Source of the DNA: Sphyrna mokarran
Lineage: Eukaryota
Assembly: GCA_024679065.1 (NCBI GenBank)
Contig: JAGIQG010000006.1
Location: 90,396,001-90,460,000, forward strand
Direction: 5' to 3'
DNA length: 64,000 nt
Positions 9,940 through 22,550 of the stretch are shown piece by piece. Positions within the stretch are counted from its first letter, which is position 1; every line of letters starts with the position of its first letter. The notes under the pieces are model-generated. The model worked only from the letters and a program-made list of their open reading frames with translations, did no database searches and had not been told where the DNA came from. The position numbers were made by a program, and so were the translations under genes.

Positions 9940-12425
9940 AATGGGTCCATTAGAATCCTTGGGTTCTTTCAATTAAGAAAATGATTCATGGAATTCCAAT
10001 GCAGAATATTTTCAGTACAAGTAAATAAAATTTCAAATGAGCTACCTGTACTAGCATTTTCCAGAACAATAGGAAGTAAAATCTTCAATTTACTCCAGAG
10101 CTTACTTCATCCAGCAAAACCAGGAACCAAATTTTAGGGTGACTATCTAAGGTCCTGGAAGATCATTGTTCTTCAAAGTGACTGATCAACGCAGAACGGT
10201 TCAGGTTCCACCAAAGGAGTCAAGTGGGAGGTGAAAGCATTGATATTTTATGGACAGTTCCCAACTTGTGGATTTTCATTCGTGCACCAAAGAATGGAGT
10301 TTCTTTTGCAATCTGTTCCATTGGCAATGTGATTTCTACTGCTATCTTTAAAGTCAAACCATTTTCAGTAAGCAATCTTCTTTGGATAGCCACCTTACTC
10401 AGTTTGAGGCTGGTATAACATTGAGCGTTTGGTGAGTCATTAGAAGATACGATCATGATTGTTTAGTTAGTGGTCTTAAAAATGCGCCTCTCCAAAGAAG
10501 ATTGCTTACTGAACATGGTTTGACTTTAAAGATAGCAGTAGAAATCGCATTGCCAATGGAACAGATTGCAAAAGAAACTCCATTCTTTGGTGCACGAATG
10601 AAAATCCACAAGTTGGGAACTGTCCATAAGAAGTCAAAACAGCAACAAGCATGTACCAAAATGGATCATTCAGCAAGTGAATGCTGAAGCAAAGATAGTC
10701 AATGCAAGAATTGTGGCAAATTTGGGTCACATTACAAAAGCTTGTTGGGTTAAACCAACTTCCCCAGAGAAGAATATTCAGAAGAAGAATCTGGGTATCT
10801 TCATGAAGAACATGTTGCATTCTACAAAAAGAATTTACAATCTGAAAGAGAATGTTTATGATTGTGAAGAAGTGAATGGCTAGAAATTTGATGAACAGTT
10901 CCAGCAGAATATTTTATCCATACAGGGTGAATCATGTAGATTCTGGGTGATTCTGAAATTAAGTAAACAATCTATTCAGATTGAAATTGATATTGGGACT
11001 GCTGTATCTTTAATTCCTGAGATGGCATACCAGCAAAAGCTGAGGGATCTTCTTTTAACAGCAACAACTGTGATTTTAAGGACATACATGGAAGAGATTT
11101 GTGCCATTAAAAGGTAATATCATGATAAGTAGAGTTGAGTGGACAAACGTCAAATATGCCTCTCCATGTGGTCTGTTGTAATTTTCCAGTTCTATTTGAA
11201 GATCAGTTTGGAGAAGATAAAACTTGGCTGGAGTGTTGTCAACAGATTGGTCAATACCAAAACAGACCTACAGCACCTTATAGATAAATGCAAGTGTGTT
11301 CAAAGAGAAACTGGATTCAATGAAGGGAGTTCAAGTGAAACTCAAGATAAAGCCTAATAGTCAATCAAAAAGTTTTGGAGCAATAGTAGTACCAGGGAAA
11401 GATTAGATAGGCTGCAGCAAAACTAGCAGAAAGGGTTAAAGGTGCAGCCAGGCTGAAGTACTAAAGCTTACTGCAAAAAGACAAACTACCCTTTCTCTCC
11501 AGTTAGAACCAGACTTCTACACACCAAGTGGGGTGTTCCAGAGGAAGTAGCAACAATGGAGATCCAAGGTACTGTTTACCGTAACTCCATCATGTCTGGA
11601 AAGAATGTAGTGAGTCTTTGTTACCACCAGAAAATCAAATCAATAACCAAGGAAATGGTCAACAAGCTGATAGTTGTGATAATTAATAAATCTACATGTT
11701 AGAAGGTGCTTGTATCGAGTTTATATTGAAACGATAGAAACAGTCAACATAGGAGCTAAATATAACATCACCAGAATGATTGAAACAGCATTGTGCGGGA
11801 TGCCCTAATCAGGAAAGTAGGGCCGCAGATCCCATCATCATCAATCATAACGATAATTCTGTAATGTCAAAAGCTGAAGTAACATATAATGCATACATGT
11901 ATGCATTGTAACATGAAATAGTATCAGAACGTTGTTCAAATCCACCTGAGCACTCTGAAGAATAGCCCTGAGTTGTTCCCCTAGGTATTCTCCTGTATAT
12001 ACAGTACAAGCTTGAATGAACCCTTTGTTGAAACCCCATACGGTCTCAAAGACTTGTTTGATCCCTCCAACAGGTGCTATATGTAATCTGTTCAAAAGCC
12101 AAAGGAGAAGTAGTGAGATGCATTAACACTGGTGTTTTAAAGTTGGTTAGAATGAATGAATGACTGGACTACCCCCATTACACCTGTCATGAAACCAAAT
12201 GGTTCCAAGAAAAGAACAGCCATGATTTTATTGAATGGCGGAGCAGGCTCAAGGGGTCAGATGAACTACTCCTGCTCCTAGTTCTTATGTTCATATTTGT
12301 GGTAAGTTTAAAACAATCTATTAATTCAGTATTGTGTGCTGTTCAATATCCACTTCCTTTAATTAAGGATTTGTTTGCTGGGCCATTAGATGGGCAGAAA
12401 TTCAGCAAGGCTGATCTTTTACAGC
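9940..12425 (+). mobile_element. Decayed Ty3/Gypsy LTR retrotransposon gag-protease-RT
   Basis: gag motifs AERFRFHQRSQ and LQRRLLTEHGLTLKIAVEIA; CCHC knuckle CKNCGK.GHITKAC; protease EID(I)GTAVSLI near 10983; RT WTTPITPVMKPNGS and QYPLPLIKDLFA..GQKFSK; many stops and frameshifts. Confidence 0.9.
12218..12292 (+). mobile_element. Short CR1 3' tail inserted in the Gypsy RT
   Basis: cagccatgattttattgaatggcggagcaggctcaagggg...ctcctgctcctagttcttatgttc interrupts the KPNGS/ICG motif. Confidence 0.8.
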
Positions 12426-12494
12426 TAAATTTTTCGATGAACATAGCTGTTGAACCCAATGACGCCCTTCTGGACACTTTTGTACTTCTCCCCT

Positions 12495-13320
12495 CTCACC
12501 TTAAACCTATGCCCTTTAGTTTTAGACATCCTACATTTATGAATAGGTGTTGACTATCTAGCTGATCTGTGTCCCTCGTTATTTTATAGACCTCCATAAT
12601 ATCACCTCTCAGCCTTCTGTGTTTCAGAGAAAGAAGTCCCAATCTATCCAGCCTCTCCTTATAATTCGATCTATCATGTCCCAGTAGCATTCTAATAAAT
12701 ATTTTCTGCACTCTTTCTAGTTTAATAATATCCTTTTTATAATAGTGTGACCAGAATAGCACACAGTATTCCAAGTGCGGCCTTACCAATGTCTTATATA
12801 ACTTCAACAAGATGTCCTAACCCCTGTATTCAAGATTCTGACTCATGAAACCAAGCACGCTGAATGCCTTCTTCACCACTCTATTCACCTGTGAGTCTAT
12901 TTTCAAGGAGCTATGAACATGTATCCCTATATCTCCTTGTTCTGGAACTCTCCCCAATGACCTACCATTAACTGAGTAAGTCCTGCCCCGGTTCAATCTA
13001 CCAAAATGCATCACTTTGCATTTGTTTAAATTAAACTCCATCTGCCATTTGTCACCCCATTGGCCCAATCGATTAAGATCCCGTTGCAGTCGGGGATAAC
13101 TTGCTTCACTGTCAATTATGCCATCAATCGTGGTGTCATCTGCAAACTTACTAACCATCATTAATATAAATGACAAATAACAGTGGACCCAGCACTGATC
13201 CCTGAGGCACACCGCTGGTCACAGGCCTCCAGTTTGAAAAACAGCCCTCTACAACCATTGGCTTATGTCAAGAAGCCAATTTTGTATTCATTTAGATACC
13301 TCACCTGGATCTTGTGAGAT
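12495..13320 (-). mobile_element. CR1/HER1 LINE RT fragment
   Basis: ORFs with SKFADDT, KWQMEFN and LYKTLVRPHLEYCV. Confidence 0.95.
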
Positions 13321-13502
13321 TAATGCTTTTCACCTGTAAATGTGCTTTGCAGAAATCTGTAATTTTAGTTTATTTTTATCCAAAGTTACTATAACTGCTT
13401 GCTTGCGACACATCACCAATCATTTCACAGATTATACTTTCGGAAGAAAGGTGACAAATAGCATTTGCTTTTTACTCTGACTAATCTAAGTCTGCAGTGA
13501 CT

Positions 13503-13790
13503 ATGGTGGTTAGCACTGCAACCTTACAGTGCCAAGGGTCCATTATCGATTCCAGCCTTGGGTGACCATCTGTGCGGAACCTGCATATTCCTTCTTTGGT
13601 TGCATGTGTTTCTTTTGAGGGGTTCCAGTCTCCTCCCACAGTCCAAAGATGTACAGGTTAGGTGGATTAGCCTTGGTATATTGTGGGGTTACGGGGATAG
13701 GGCAGTGGGTGTGGATAAGATGCTTTTTCGGAAAGTCGATACAAACTCTGTGGGCCAAATTGCCTCCTTTTGTTCTGCAGGAATTCTATT
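13503..13790 (+). mobile_element. HE1-type SINE
   Basis: tggttagcactgc head, ctcccacagtccaaagatgtacaggttaggtggatt core, CR1-like tail. Confidence 0.9.
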
Positions 13791-14784
13791 TATGTGGTCA
13801 GTATTTTACATCATTGACTAATCATGTGTACTAACATTTATGGTACCTACCTTTGTTAGCTGCTAACTGATTGCAGAAGTGGTCACTGATCTTATCTGCA
13901 CAGTCCTGTGATATAAAGTATCATCCCTCATAGTGCTATGATTGGCTAGAAAATTCATACAATTCTTGAAACATTCTTTAAAATCTTCAAGGGGGCAAAG
14001 CTTGTTAACAAATTGAGTGAATAGTTTTTGACATCTTATAGAAATACCATTCATGCAGGTACCTAAAAGTTCATCTTCATTACTATTCTTAAAGAGAAAG
14101 TTCAGAATTACATTTGGTTTGTGATTACCTCCAGAACTCTGGAGATAGCAAAGGCTGCCAGAAAGAGCGAGAGAAACTCTTGGGAAGCCATGTTTGGTGT
14201 TGAGTAGTGCCCCTCAAGCTAGGCAACTGCCTAGCAACCTGTTCCAGGAATTACTAGCTATAGAAACAGTCAGAAGACTGTGTTATCCCACCATTAGGTA
14301 ACCAAAGAAAATTGAAATAGGAATCTCTCAACTTACTTCCGATCCTGGTGCAGTCTTGCTTTAGAAATTTAATGATAATCTGAGTCCTATTTTCCCTCCT
14401 TATATTGTTGACATATTACGCATGTATTTGTCTTCAACCAAGCTAGTCTTCTTCCAATGTTCATTCTAAAACAGTAAAGAAGGATGCCATTCAACCCACT
14501 ATGTCTTTGTTAACTCTTTGATAAAGCTTTCCAACTTTCCCATTTTCCTGGTCTTCACCCATACAGTCCTGTGTTGGTCCTTATTAACTGTACGTCTTGT
14601 GTTGCACATTCACAAGAACAGATGGATTGGCAGTTCTCAAAGAATTTAGGGCAGTCAACAACCTAAATATATCATTTGTACATGGCTTCCACTGGTGACA
14701 GAGTACTAGTCCAGTGTGCCCTGAAATAAAATAGAGTTTATGTCAGGGCGTTCCTGCAGCTGTTTCCTGGCAGGCACTAACTTT

Positions 14785-15325
14785 GTAAGAAGTCTCACAA
14801 CACCAGGTTAGAGTCCAACCAGTTTATTTTTTCACAGGCATTTGGTCTCTGATCTTTGGGTAAGCATTCTCCAAGGTGGCCTTCATAACACATGACAGTC
14901 GCTGAGCAGAGACTGATAGCCAAGTTCCACACACATGAGCGCGGCTTCAACCGGGATCTTGGGTTCATGTCACACTATCTGTGACTACCTGTAACCCCTA
15001 TGACTTGCCTGGGCTTGTAAAATCTCACTTACTGTCCTGTTTTGAGACAATACACATCTCTTTAACCTATGCTAATGCTATCTCCACTCATCTTTAAGAC
15101 TTGGATAGCAGGTTAACTGTAAAGACTTATATTCTAATTGGTAGTTTGTAAACTGTGTGTGACTTTATATGCCCTTCTCTGATCAGAACCTTCCACGTGT
15201 CTGATGAAGAAACACTGTTTCTGAAAGCTTGTGAGATTACTATCAAATAAACTGGTTGGACTCTAACCTGGTGTTGTGAGATTTCTTACTGCGTTTATCC
15301 TAGTCCAATGCCGGCATCTCTACAT
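14785..15325 (+). mobile_element. Penelope-like element: GIY-YIG C-terminus plus pLTR with inverted 5' segment
   Basis: Encodes LQGGL...AEQRLIAKFHTHE.GFNRDLGFMSHY; 45-bp inverted arms 14785-14829 and 15245-15289; TSD-like caggcactaactt / caggtattaactt flanks. Confidence 0.88.
15196..15235 (+). ncRNA. Minimal type-I hammerhead ribozyme motif in the Penelope pLTR
   Basis: CTGATGA-agaaac-act-gtttct-GAAA-gctt-gtgag; homologous motif on the minus strand at 51680-51713; the 5' side of stem I is mutated in this copy. Confidence 0.65.
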
Positions 15326-16049
15326 CAGGTATTAACTTATCAGAAATTCTGGCCCAACCGGGCAAAATAGACAATCTCCTCATAAGCAGGAATTTTCAGA
15401 GCCAAGAGATATAGTGCAAGTTATGTTTTGCTGGAGAAGTTGACATTCAAATGCATAATAAAACGTGGATAAACGCAATAACAGAATCAACTTGGGGTTT
15501 CTGATTTATTCTAACTTTAACTCCAAAAAATATATTCACATTATTATATTCTATGGTTATTTTGATGCCAACAATGTTAATAATACCAACTGACTGCTTA
15601 CTAAAAATTTCAAGTATTGAGTTATGTAGTTTCCAATGTGTGCTGTATCATCTTTAATGATGTCCATTGTATCTGATTTGAATTGGAGTTATCAGATCTT
15701 GAGAATGGGTAATAAGCATGACAGCAGTAGGATGCAGTGTCTGTATTACTGACAACGTACGTCTGTATTATAGGAGACAAACAACAAAACAGAACTGTGG
15801 GAATGGCTACCTAATGGTGGGCCAGAGCATACAATGGATGCGATCATGCTGGTTTGCCAAGTTCTTTTTGCTGCATGCAATTTTACTGACTCCGTTTTGC
15901 TGGTGATATCAACTCCTTGTCCAGAAAGGGCATGAAGCAGTTTTAAATATTAATGACATGCATGTTATTAGGAGGCTCAGAAGGTATTGTCTGGGCTCAC
16001 TTGCACTTATCTTCTTCCCAGTCAGAGGGCAAGAATCACAGCTCTTCTC

Positions 16050-16650
16050 CACTAGCAGAGATCAGACGTGATGGTGTCACAGGGAGTACTGGAGGTCATT
16101 GAAGCCTCTGGATTGTGGGAGCATGGCTGGACAGTGCGCAAGGGGCATTGCCAGACTGGCAGTGCCTACCAAGCACCATGGTTGCCCACCAGGCACTTTG
16201 ACACTGCCCACCAGGGATCATAACTGTGCTGGGGCAGTGCCAAGGAGGTGTGGCTTGATTGGGTTTGAAGCTTGAGTGATGATGGGACTACGTTGGGAGA
16301 GAGAAAAGGGAGGAAATTCCCAGGGGGAAGGAGCTCTACTGGGGGGTGAACTCTGCCAGTGGTGGTGGGGTGGGGTGTAATGGAGCTCTGCAGGGGAAAT
16401 CTCTGAGAGGGGTGATTGGTGAGGGAGAATGTGAGGGGGGGAATAAGTGACAGAGGGTATGCAGAGCAGGTATGATTGGCAATGGTGGAATTCAAGGGGG
16501 GAGATTGACGGTGGGTGATCAGTGGGAGGGGGGGTGGGGGGGAGATCTGCACAGGGTACAATCAGCAAGAAAGTTGAGGGGGTTGGGGGAAAGAGATTGG
16601 CATGGTTGGGGCTTGTAGGTTGGGCCGCAAAAGGGGTTATGATAGTGGAC
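16050..16650. mobile_element. Probable internal part of a Harbinger-type non-autonomous element
   Basis: ggcagtgcc/ggcact motif clusters and a G-rich tract as in 60077-61318 and 21657-22550; termini not resolved. Confidence 0.45.
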
Positions 16651-16689
16651 CCATCGATACTTCAGATGCAGCCTTGCCAAAGCTCTAAT

Positions 16690-17995
16690 CTCAATTATTA
16701 AAGGCAAGTGTACCATTTTCCTTTTTCACCATTCCACTAACATCCCGTACCATGTTCAGGGATCTTTTAACAAACACACCAAACACACTTTGTTCCTTAG
16801 AACATTCTAGTGTCATGCCATTCACTGAATACCTCCTTGCCAAATTATTCCTTCCAAAGAGTATCATCTCACATTTTTCAGGGTTAAATTCCATTTGTTA
16901 CTATCTGCCCATTTGACAATCACATCTATATCTTCCTGTAGCCCCAGATACTCAATCTCATTGTCAACCACCCAGGCAATATTTGTGTCAGTCACAAACC
17001 CACTAATCTTACCCCCCTATAGTCATCCATGTTTTTTATATGAATGATGAATAATAGGGGATCCAACAAAGACCCCTGGACACACAAATATCACTAAAGC
17101 AGCCTTCTGTCATCATCTTCAGTCGGCTAAGCCAATTTTGAATTCACCTCAAATTACCCTGTTTCCCGTGTACATTTGCACTCTTAATAATTCCCTGATG
17201 TGAGATCTTGTCAAAGACTGAAATCCATACAGATGGCATCAACTAGACTACCCTCATCTACAGACCTGGTCACCTCTTCAAAAAATTCAATCAAATTTGT
17301 TAGGCGTGATCTCCCTCCAACAAAGCCATGCTAACTATCCTTGATTAAACATACATCTCCAAGGAGAGATAGATGCTCTCATTCAGAATTTTCCCCAATA
17401 GTTTCCTGACCGTTGGTGATCAGTAGTTCCCTGGCTTATCTCTACAACCCTTCTTAAATAGCAGACTACATTAGCTGTTCTCCAATCCAATGGCACCTCC
17501 CTCTTGGCCAGAGAGGAATTAAAAATTTGGATCCAAATATCTACAGTCTCCTCCCTTGCTTCCCATAGCCTGGGACACAATTCATTCGGACCTGGAGATT
17601 TATCCACTTTTACATCTGCTCACACTTCCAATATCTTGTCCTTCCCTGTGTTAATTTGTTCAACAACTTCAAAGTCTCTCTCCTCAAGTTCCATACTGTC
17701 ATCTTATTCTCTTAGGAGAAGATATGTGTGAAGTATTGGTTCGAGACTCTACCAATGTCCTTTGGTTTCACCCATAGATTGCTCCCTTTGTCCCCAGTAG
17801 GTTCTATACTTACAGAAGTATCTTGGGATTTTCTCTACTTTTACCAGCCAGAGCTTTCTCATTTCCTCTCGTTACTCTCCTAATTGCTTTCTTAAACTCC
17901 ACCCTGCACTTTCTATACACCACTAATGCCTCCACAGAATTGCTTCCCTTGTACTGGCTAAAAGACTCTCTTTGCCTTCTCATTGTATCTTCATT
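16690..17995 (-). mobile_element. CR1 LINE ORF2 fragment
   Basis: ORFs DKSPGP..PRL, VPLDWRTANV and MEFNPEKCE. Confidence 0.92.
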
Positions 17996-19344
17996 AGTAA
18001 CCACTTAGATTAAATGCAGCCATCTACCATATACTCCATGGAATTTTGACTACCAGTTGAATTTTTGGAGTTCGGAAAATGCCACATTTAAACAAAGAAA
18101 GTGACAAACATGTGTCCTCTGGCAAAGTATCTATCACTTGCACAACGCATCTGTGGGCTGCCTGCTGGCTCATAGGAGTTTGGTTTTGCAGTGGTTTGCA
18201 AGGATTAAATAGAATAATAATTTAATGATGTGATAACCCTCATCGTTATGGTTGGAGCTGTATTTGTTCTAGCAGTTTTGTATGTCAGCCTGAAGTTACT
18301 TGGAACAGCTCAGTAATAGCCTGTCAAATAGTGGCAAAAGAGACAGATCTTTTATGTACAGGAAGAAGTGCTGAGGTCTATAACTGTAGTTCCTCGGGTA
18401 GCTACAAGTACAGATATAGTAGGAAAAAGGAATCATACGTAACTGTTATTGGTGGAATTGGGACCATTAAGAGTGTTCCAGGCTGAGCTCATAGTCTGAA
18501 ATTGTGAAAAAGCTCATTTCTATCCCCAGTGACATCAACCTTCCTGTAAAAGAATAGATGTCAGCTTTTCAAAAAATTGTCCAACTGGACCTGACAACTT
18601 TGCACTCTGGCTATACCCAGGAGATGCTGATGTAGGCATCTGCCACCACTGATCCTGGAAATCCTGCTCAACGATGGTTAGGAACTGAGGTCTTTGATCT
18701 CCAGCAGCTTTGACTCATTCTTGGAAAGCTAATGGCACTTTAACGATCTGATTTCAAAAGACAAGGCAGTGGATTAGTTACTCACCCCTTCTATATCCAC
18801 TGAGTGTACATCAGTGACCTGGTTTCCCCATGCATTATGGCATATAATCTCATTATTGTACCTCCTACTTCAGAAATTGAATGACATGGCATATTGGACA
18901 GTACAGCCTCCCTTTTTCCATTTTTTTTAATGTGCCATGAATTAAGGTACACAATAACTTACCAGAGAATCAACACAGACACAAAGGTCCAAATGGTCTT
19001 CCTCTGTGCTGTAGCAATTCTATGACCTACAATATCTATATAATGCATATATACATGCACAAAAATACCACTCAACTGTGAGGTCTTGTACTATCAGAAT
19101 TTAAATTCAATTTAATTAAATAGGTTTTAAGCGAAAAACTAGTATTAATATGTCAAATTATTATAAATATACAAAAGTTCACTGAGCCCCTTAGGAATGA
19201 GCGGGATCTTGGACTGCAATAGGTAGAACAAAGAATAAAGAACAAAACAGCATGGGAAACAGGCCCTTCAGCCCAACGAGCCCATGTCGCCACCTCAATG
19301 TTTCCACTTCTACCCATGATCCCTGTCTATGTTTATAGATCTAT

Positions 19345-19650
19345 GCATTATAGATAGCATCCTTTTCTTTGAACCAGAAGCTGTGGGTCCAAGCCTCACT
19401 CCAGGATTTAATGGTCAAGGAAGGCCAATAGGTTGAGTATCAACTTCCATATTCCTTCTAATGCATGCCATTGGCAGGCAGTAAGAGTGGGGGAGACTCC
19501 GAGTCAGCTATGCTTAAAGTGGAGTGGTGCACCTTGAGCTATGAGTCTCTGATGACAGGCTAGCGGCCTGTTCCTGGAGAATCAAGCAATGGAAATAAAA
19601 GACAGTCTATGTTTTGCGCCATTAGGTGTGGGAAGACAGAGAAAAACAAA
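19345..19650 (+). mobile_element. Older tRNA-derived SINE (family C)
   Basis: gaaccagaagctgtgggtccaagcctcactccagga..ggtcaaggaagg..ataggttgagt; related to 61770-62020(-), 14160-14300 and a head fragment at 7686-7740. Confidence 0.6.
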
Positions 19651-19659
19651 CACCAGTGC

Positions 19660-20600
19660 CCTTTAGGAAAGTACATCTGCCCTTCATTCCCAGTCTGACG
19701 TGTTGACTCCAGACCCACAACAACTTGTATTCTCTGAAATAACCAGGTAAGTCATTTATTTATATCAACTTAGTACTAAACAGTACAGAAATAATAAACC
19801 TGGACTTTTTCACCACTTCTAATCAAGCCAGACATCGAATTTGAACATTTACCCAGTTGACTCTTCAAGGTAATTCTCATTAATATCTAAAAATTTATTC
19901 CAAAAATTGGTAATGCTATCCCATAGGCTGGTCAAGCAACAGCCTAACATTGTCTTAATCACAAAATTATATCTATCAACTAAAATCCCAGATCTCTCCA
20001 TCACCATCCTTAAGTATGTCGTCCCTTACCTCGAGTATAGGCCCACTAAAGGCAGCAGTATGCTGACATACAGCCAGGAGAGAGTGGGCCGAGGAATTCT
20101 TGGCAATAACTCTGAACTTCACGATCAAGGTCAAACACAGTCAAGAAAATTTCTTGCTGAGTACCACCGAGTGCCCTCTCTCACATTATGAATCACTGGT
20201 CTTCCATGTAGGATGTAGGCAAGTGCACAAAGTTTGCTTCAGGGAAAGAAATTTGATATCCCCATCACTGAGAATGGTTTAGTGCCAGTGCTGACTGAGC
20301 CTCAAAGGGTCAAACTACCAGGCTGGGCAGGTGACAAAAGAACTAACTTGAGGATAAATACCATAAGAACTCATCCACACCCTTATACTGTACCTGTCAC
20401 CAGGTGTATCTATCTATCCTTGTATTGTTAGCAGTGATCACCAGACATCTTTGTTACGTCTTATCTTTGTGTCTTATCAGTAACCCTCCATTGCATTGTG
20501 TGACATACCAGTTGGTAAAATGAGATAGATTCGGATCAGACCCAACAGCTCAAAGCTGAACATTCATTGGCCATTAATAACAAAAGGATTGTATCCCAAT
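19660..20600 (+). mobile_element. Ancient CR1/L2-group LINE, 5' region and APE endonuclease remnant
   Basis: ORF LSHRLVKQQPNIVLIT..YL (endonuclease motif); upstream gactccagacccaca block shared with 20890-21000. Confidence 0.75.
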
Positions 20601-20679
20601 ACTATCTGTAATCAGAAATTCCTGACTCCAGAGTTATCAATTATGATAATTATACTATACTAAAACAATGAATGTATTG

Positions 20680-20855
20680 TCAAAACGTTGAACATATTCA
20701 AGAGGTGGCTAAATATAGCACTTTGGGTGAATGGGATCAATGGTTATGGGGAAAAAGCAGGATTAGATTTGAGTTGGATGATCAGCCATAATTGTAAGGA
20801 ATGGCAGAGCAGGCTCAAAGGGCCAAATGGCTTCCTCCTGCTCCTATCTTCTATA
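20680..20855 (+). mobile_element. CR1 3' end
   Basis: ggatcaatggttatggggaaaaagcagga..tggatgatcagccat..gggccaaatggcttcctcctgctcctat. Confidence 0.88.
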
Positions 20856-20879
20856 AATGTTGAGCACATTATCAACAAC

Positions 20880-21460
20880 AAATTCACTAATGTCCTTTAG
20901 AGAAGGAAATCTGCCACCATTACCCGATCTGGTCTACACGTGACTCCAAATCTACAGCGATGTGGTTGTCTCTTAACTTCCCTATGAAATGGGAAGCCAT
21001 TCAACTGAATCAAACCACGATAGATAAGTATAAGAATATAACTGATTGATAACCCAATGATGACCTTGGTACCAAAAATGGCAAGAGCACATTGCATGCA
21101 GTAGAAACTCCTCACTTATATTTAGAGACAGGTACCAAAATAGAAAAAAAAACTATCCAACAGATTAGACAAGCAACACCTTGGTATAGTCATATTCATA
21201 GAAACATTTTTCTAATGCCCATTTACCTGCATTACTATCCCTGATAAGTCCTATTATACTGTAAGATAAACCCAACAGAGGTGCCAGTACAGTTGTTAGA
21301 GAGTTCCCCTGGGACTTCTCAATATTGATTTTGGAGTCCATGAAGTCTCATAGCATTAGATCAGGCACAGACAAGGAAACTACCTGTTGATAACTTCTTC
21401 CTGCTCTCCATTAGCTGATGAGTCAGTGGTCTGCCGTGTTGAACACCACTTAGCAGAAGG
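20880..21460 (+). mobile_element. Second copy of the ancient LINE 5'/endonuclease region (appears to continue near 22720-23200)
   Basis: gaaggaaatctgcc..gtgactcc..gtggttg block, then agattagacaagcaaca (RL.KQ); a GD.N.HQ-like motif resumes near 22720. Confidence 0.65.
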
Positions 21461-21656
21461 GAACAGAATATTCAGGAAGAGGAATTGTTATATATTTAAA
21501 AGGGTTGCAGATTGCTTTAACAGCTGACCACAAGATTTGATGGTGGTGTCAATGGGGTGTTTGAAAAGGCTGCTGTTTTAATTTCAGTTTTGTATTCTGT
21601 GCTGTGCAAAGAAATTTCTTTCTAAAAAAAACCTGTTGCATGTTATTTTGAATCTA

Positions 21657-22550
21657 TGGGGGCATTTTCATAATTTCTTTTCTAAGTGCTGGGCAAACTT
21701 GAAACTGGGAGAATTTCAGATCCATCTTTTGGGCAGGTTTTCAACCTCCCCACCCCTCTCCTCCCATATGTACTCTGCCTGTAAAAGTACCAGCAAGCCT
21801 GCTACTCGCCGCTAAAGCCCTGTGGGCAGAGTTTAGCACACCAAAAACCCTGCAGAGGGAGATAGTGTGCATGCTCTGTCCTCTAAGGATACATATGTAC
21901 ATTAGCAGTAGCAGGAGTCCGACAGATGATGAAAGAGCTATCAGGCCCCTGCTGGTGCAGGTTATATGAAGCATTTCCTCACACTCTCCTCCACCAGCCG
22001 CTCACAGCCCGAGATATAACTCCTATACACCCCCGCCACCCTCACCCCACCAACTGAAGTCCCACAGCCCTCTCCCATTGATCGTGGACCCGCTGCCCTT
22101 CCCTCACTGATAGCTGCAGTTTGGCACCGGGCCTCCACTACATCCCTCCCTTCCCCCATCAATCCCTGCAGGGTGGCAGTGAACCCCTCTCCCATTAACA
22201 CCTCCTCCCAGTAGCACTCTTCCATTAACCCCAATTCGATTAGCCCCTTTCCCACTGGCCTTATCCACACTAGCCCCACTCCCAGCACAGCCAAATGGCA
22301 TTGCCCAGGTGCCAGGGTGATGCTGCCAGTCAGATACAGTCGAAGCAGCACCACCCTTGCCCTTGGCCTTGCTGGGAGGCCTCACCAGCACGAATCTTTC
22401 GTGATGAGGTCAAAAAAGGGAATGGGCCCAGATGATTTAACACCAGGCTCGCTAAGCTGATATAAATAGCATTGTAATACATTTCCTTACATTAGCCTTC
22501 GTACTGCACATTTCCTGTGGGAAGCAGATTGCACTGAAAATTTGGCATTT
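21657..22550. mobile_element. Harbinger-type non-autonomous DNA element
   Basis: Left end ggggcattttc...ttctaagtgct matches the termini of the 7833 and 60077 elements; right end uncertain. Confidence 0.6.

Noticed and set aside
13850-14062. Minus-strand segment bounded by AG/GT containing a 63-aa ORF
   Set aside because: Weak polypyrimidine tract, stops in every frame before the donor, no recognisable protein
19549-19575. CTGATGA followed by a caggc/gcctg stem (hammerhead-like)
   Set aside because: The required GAAA after stem II is missing
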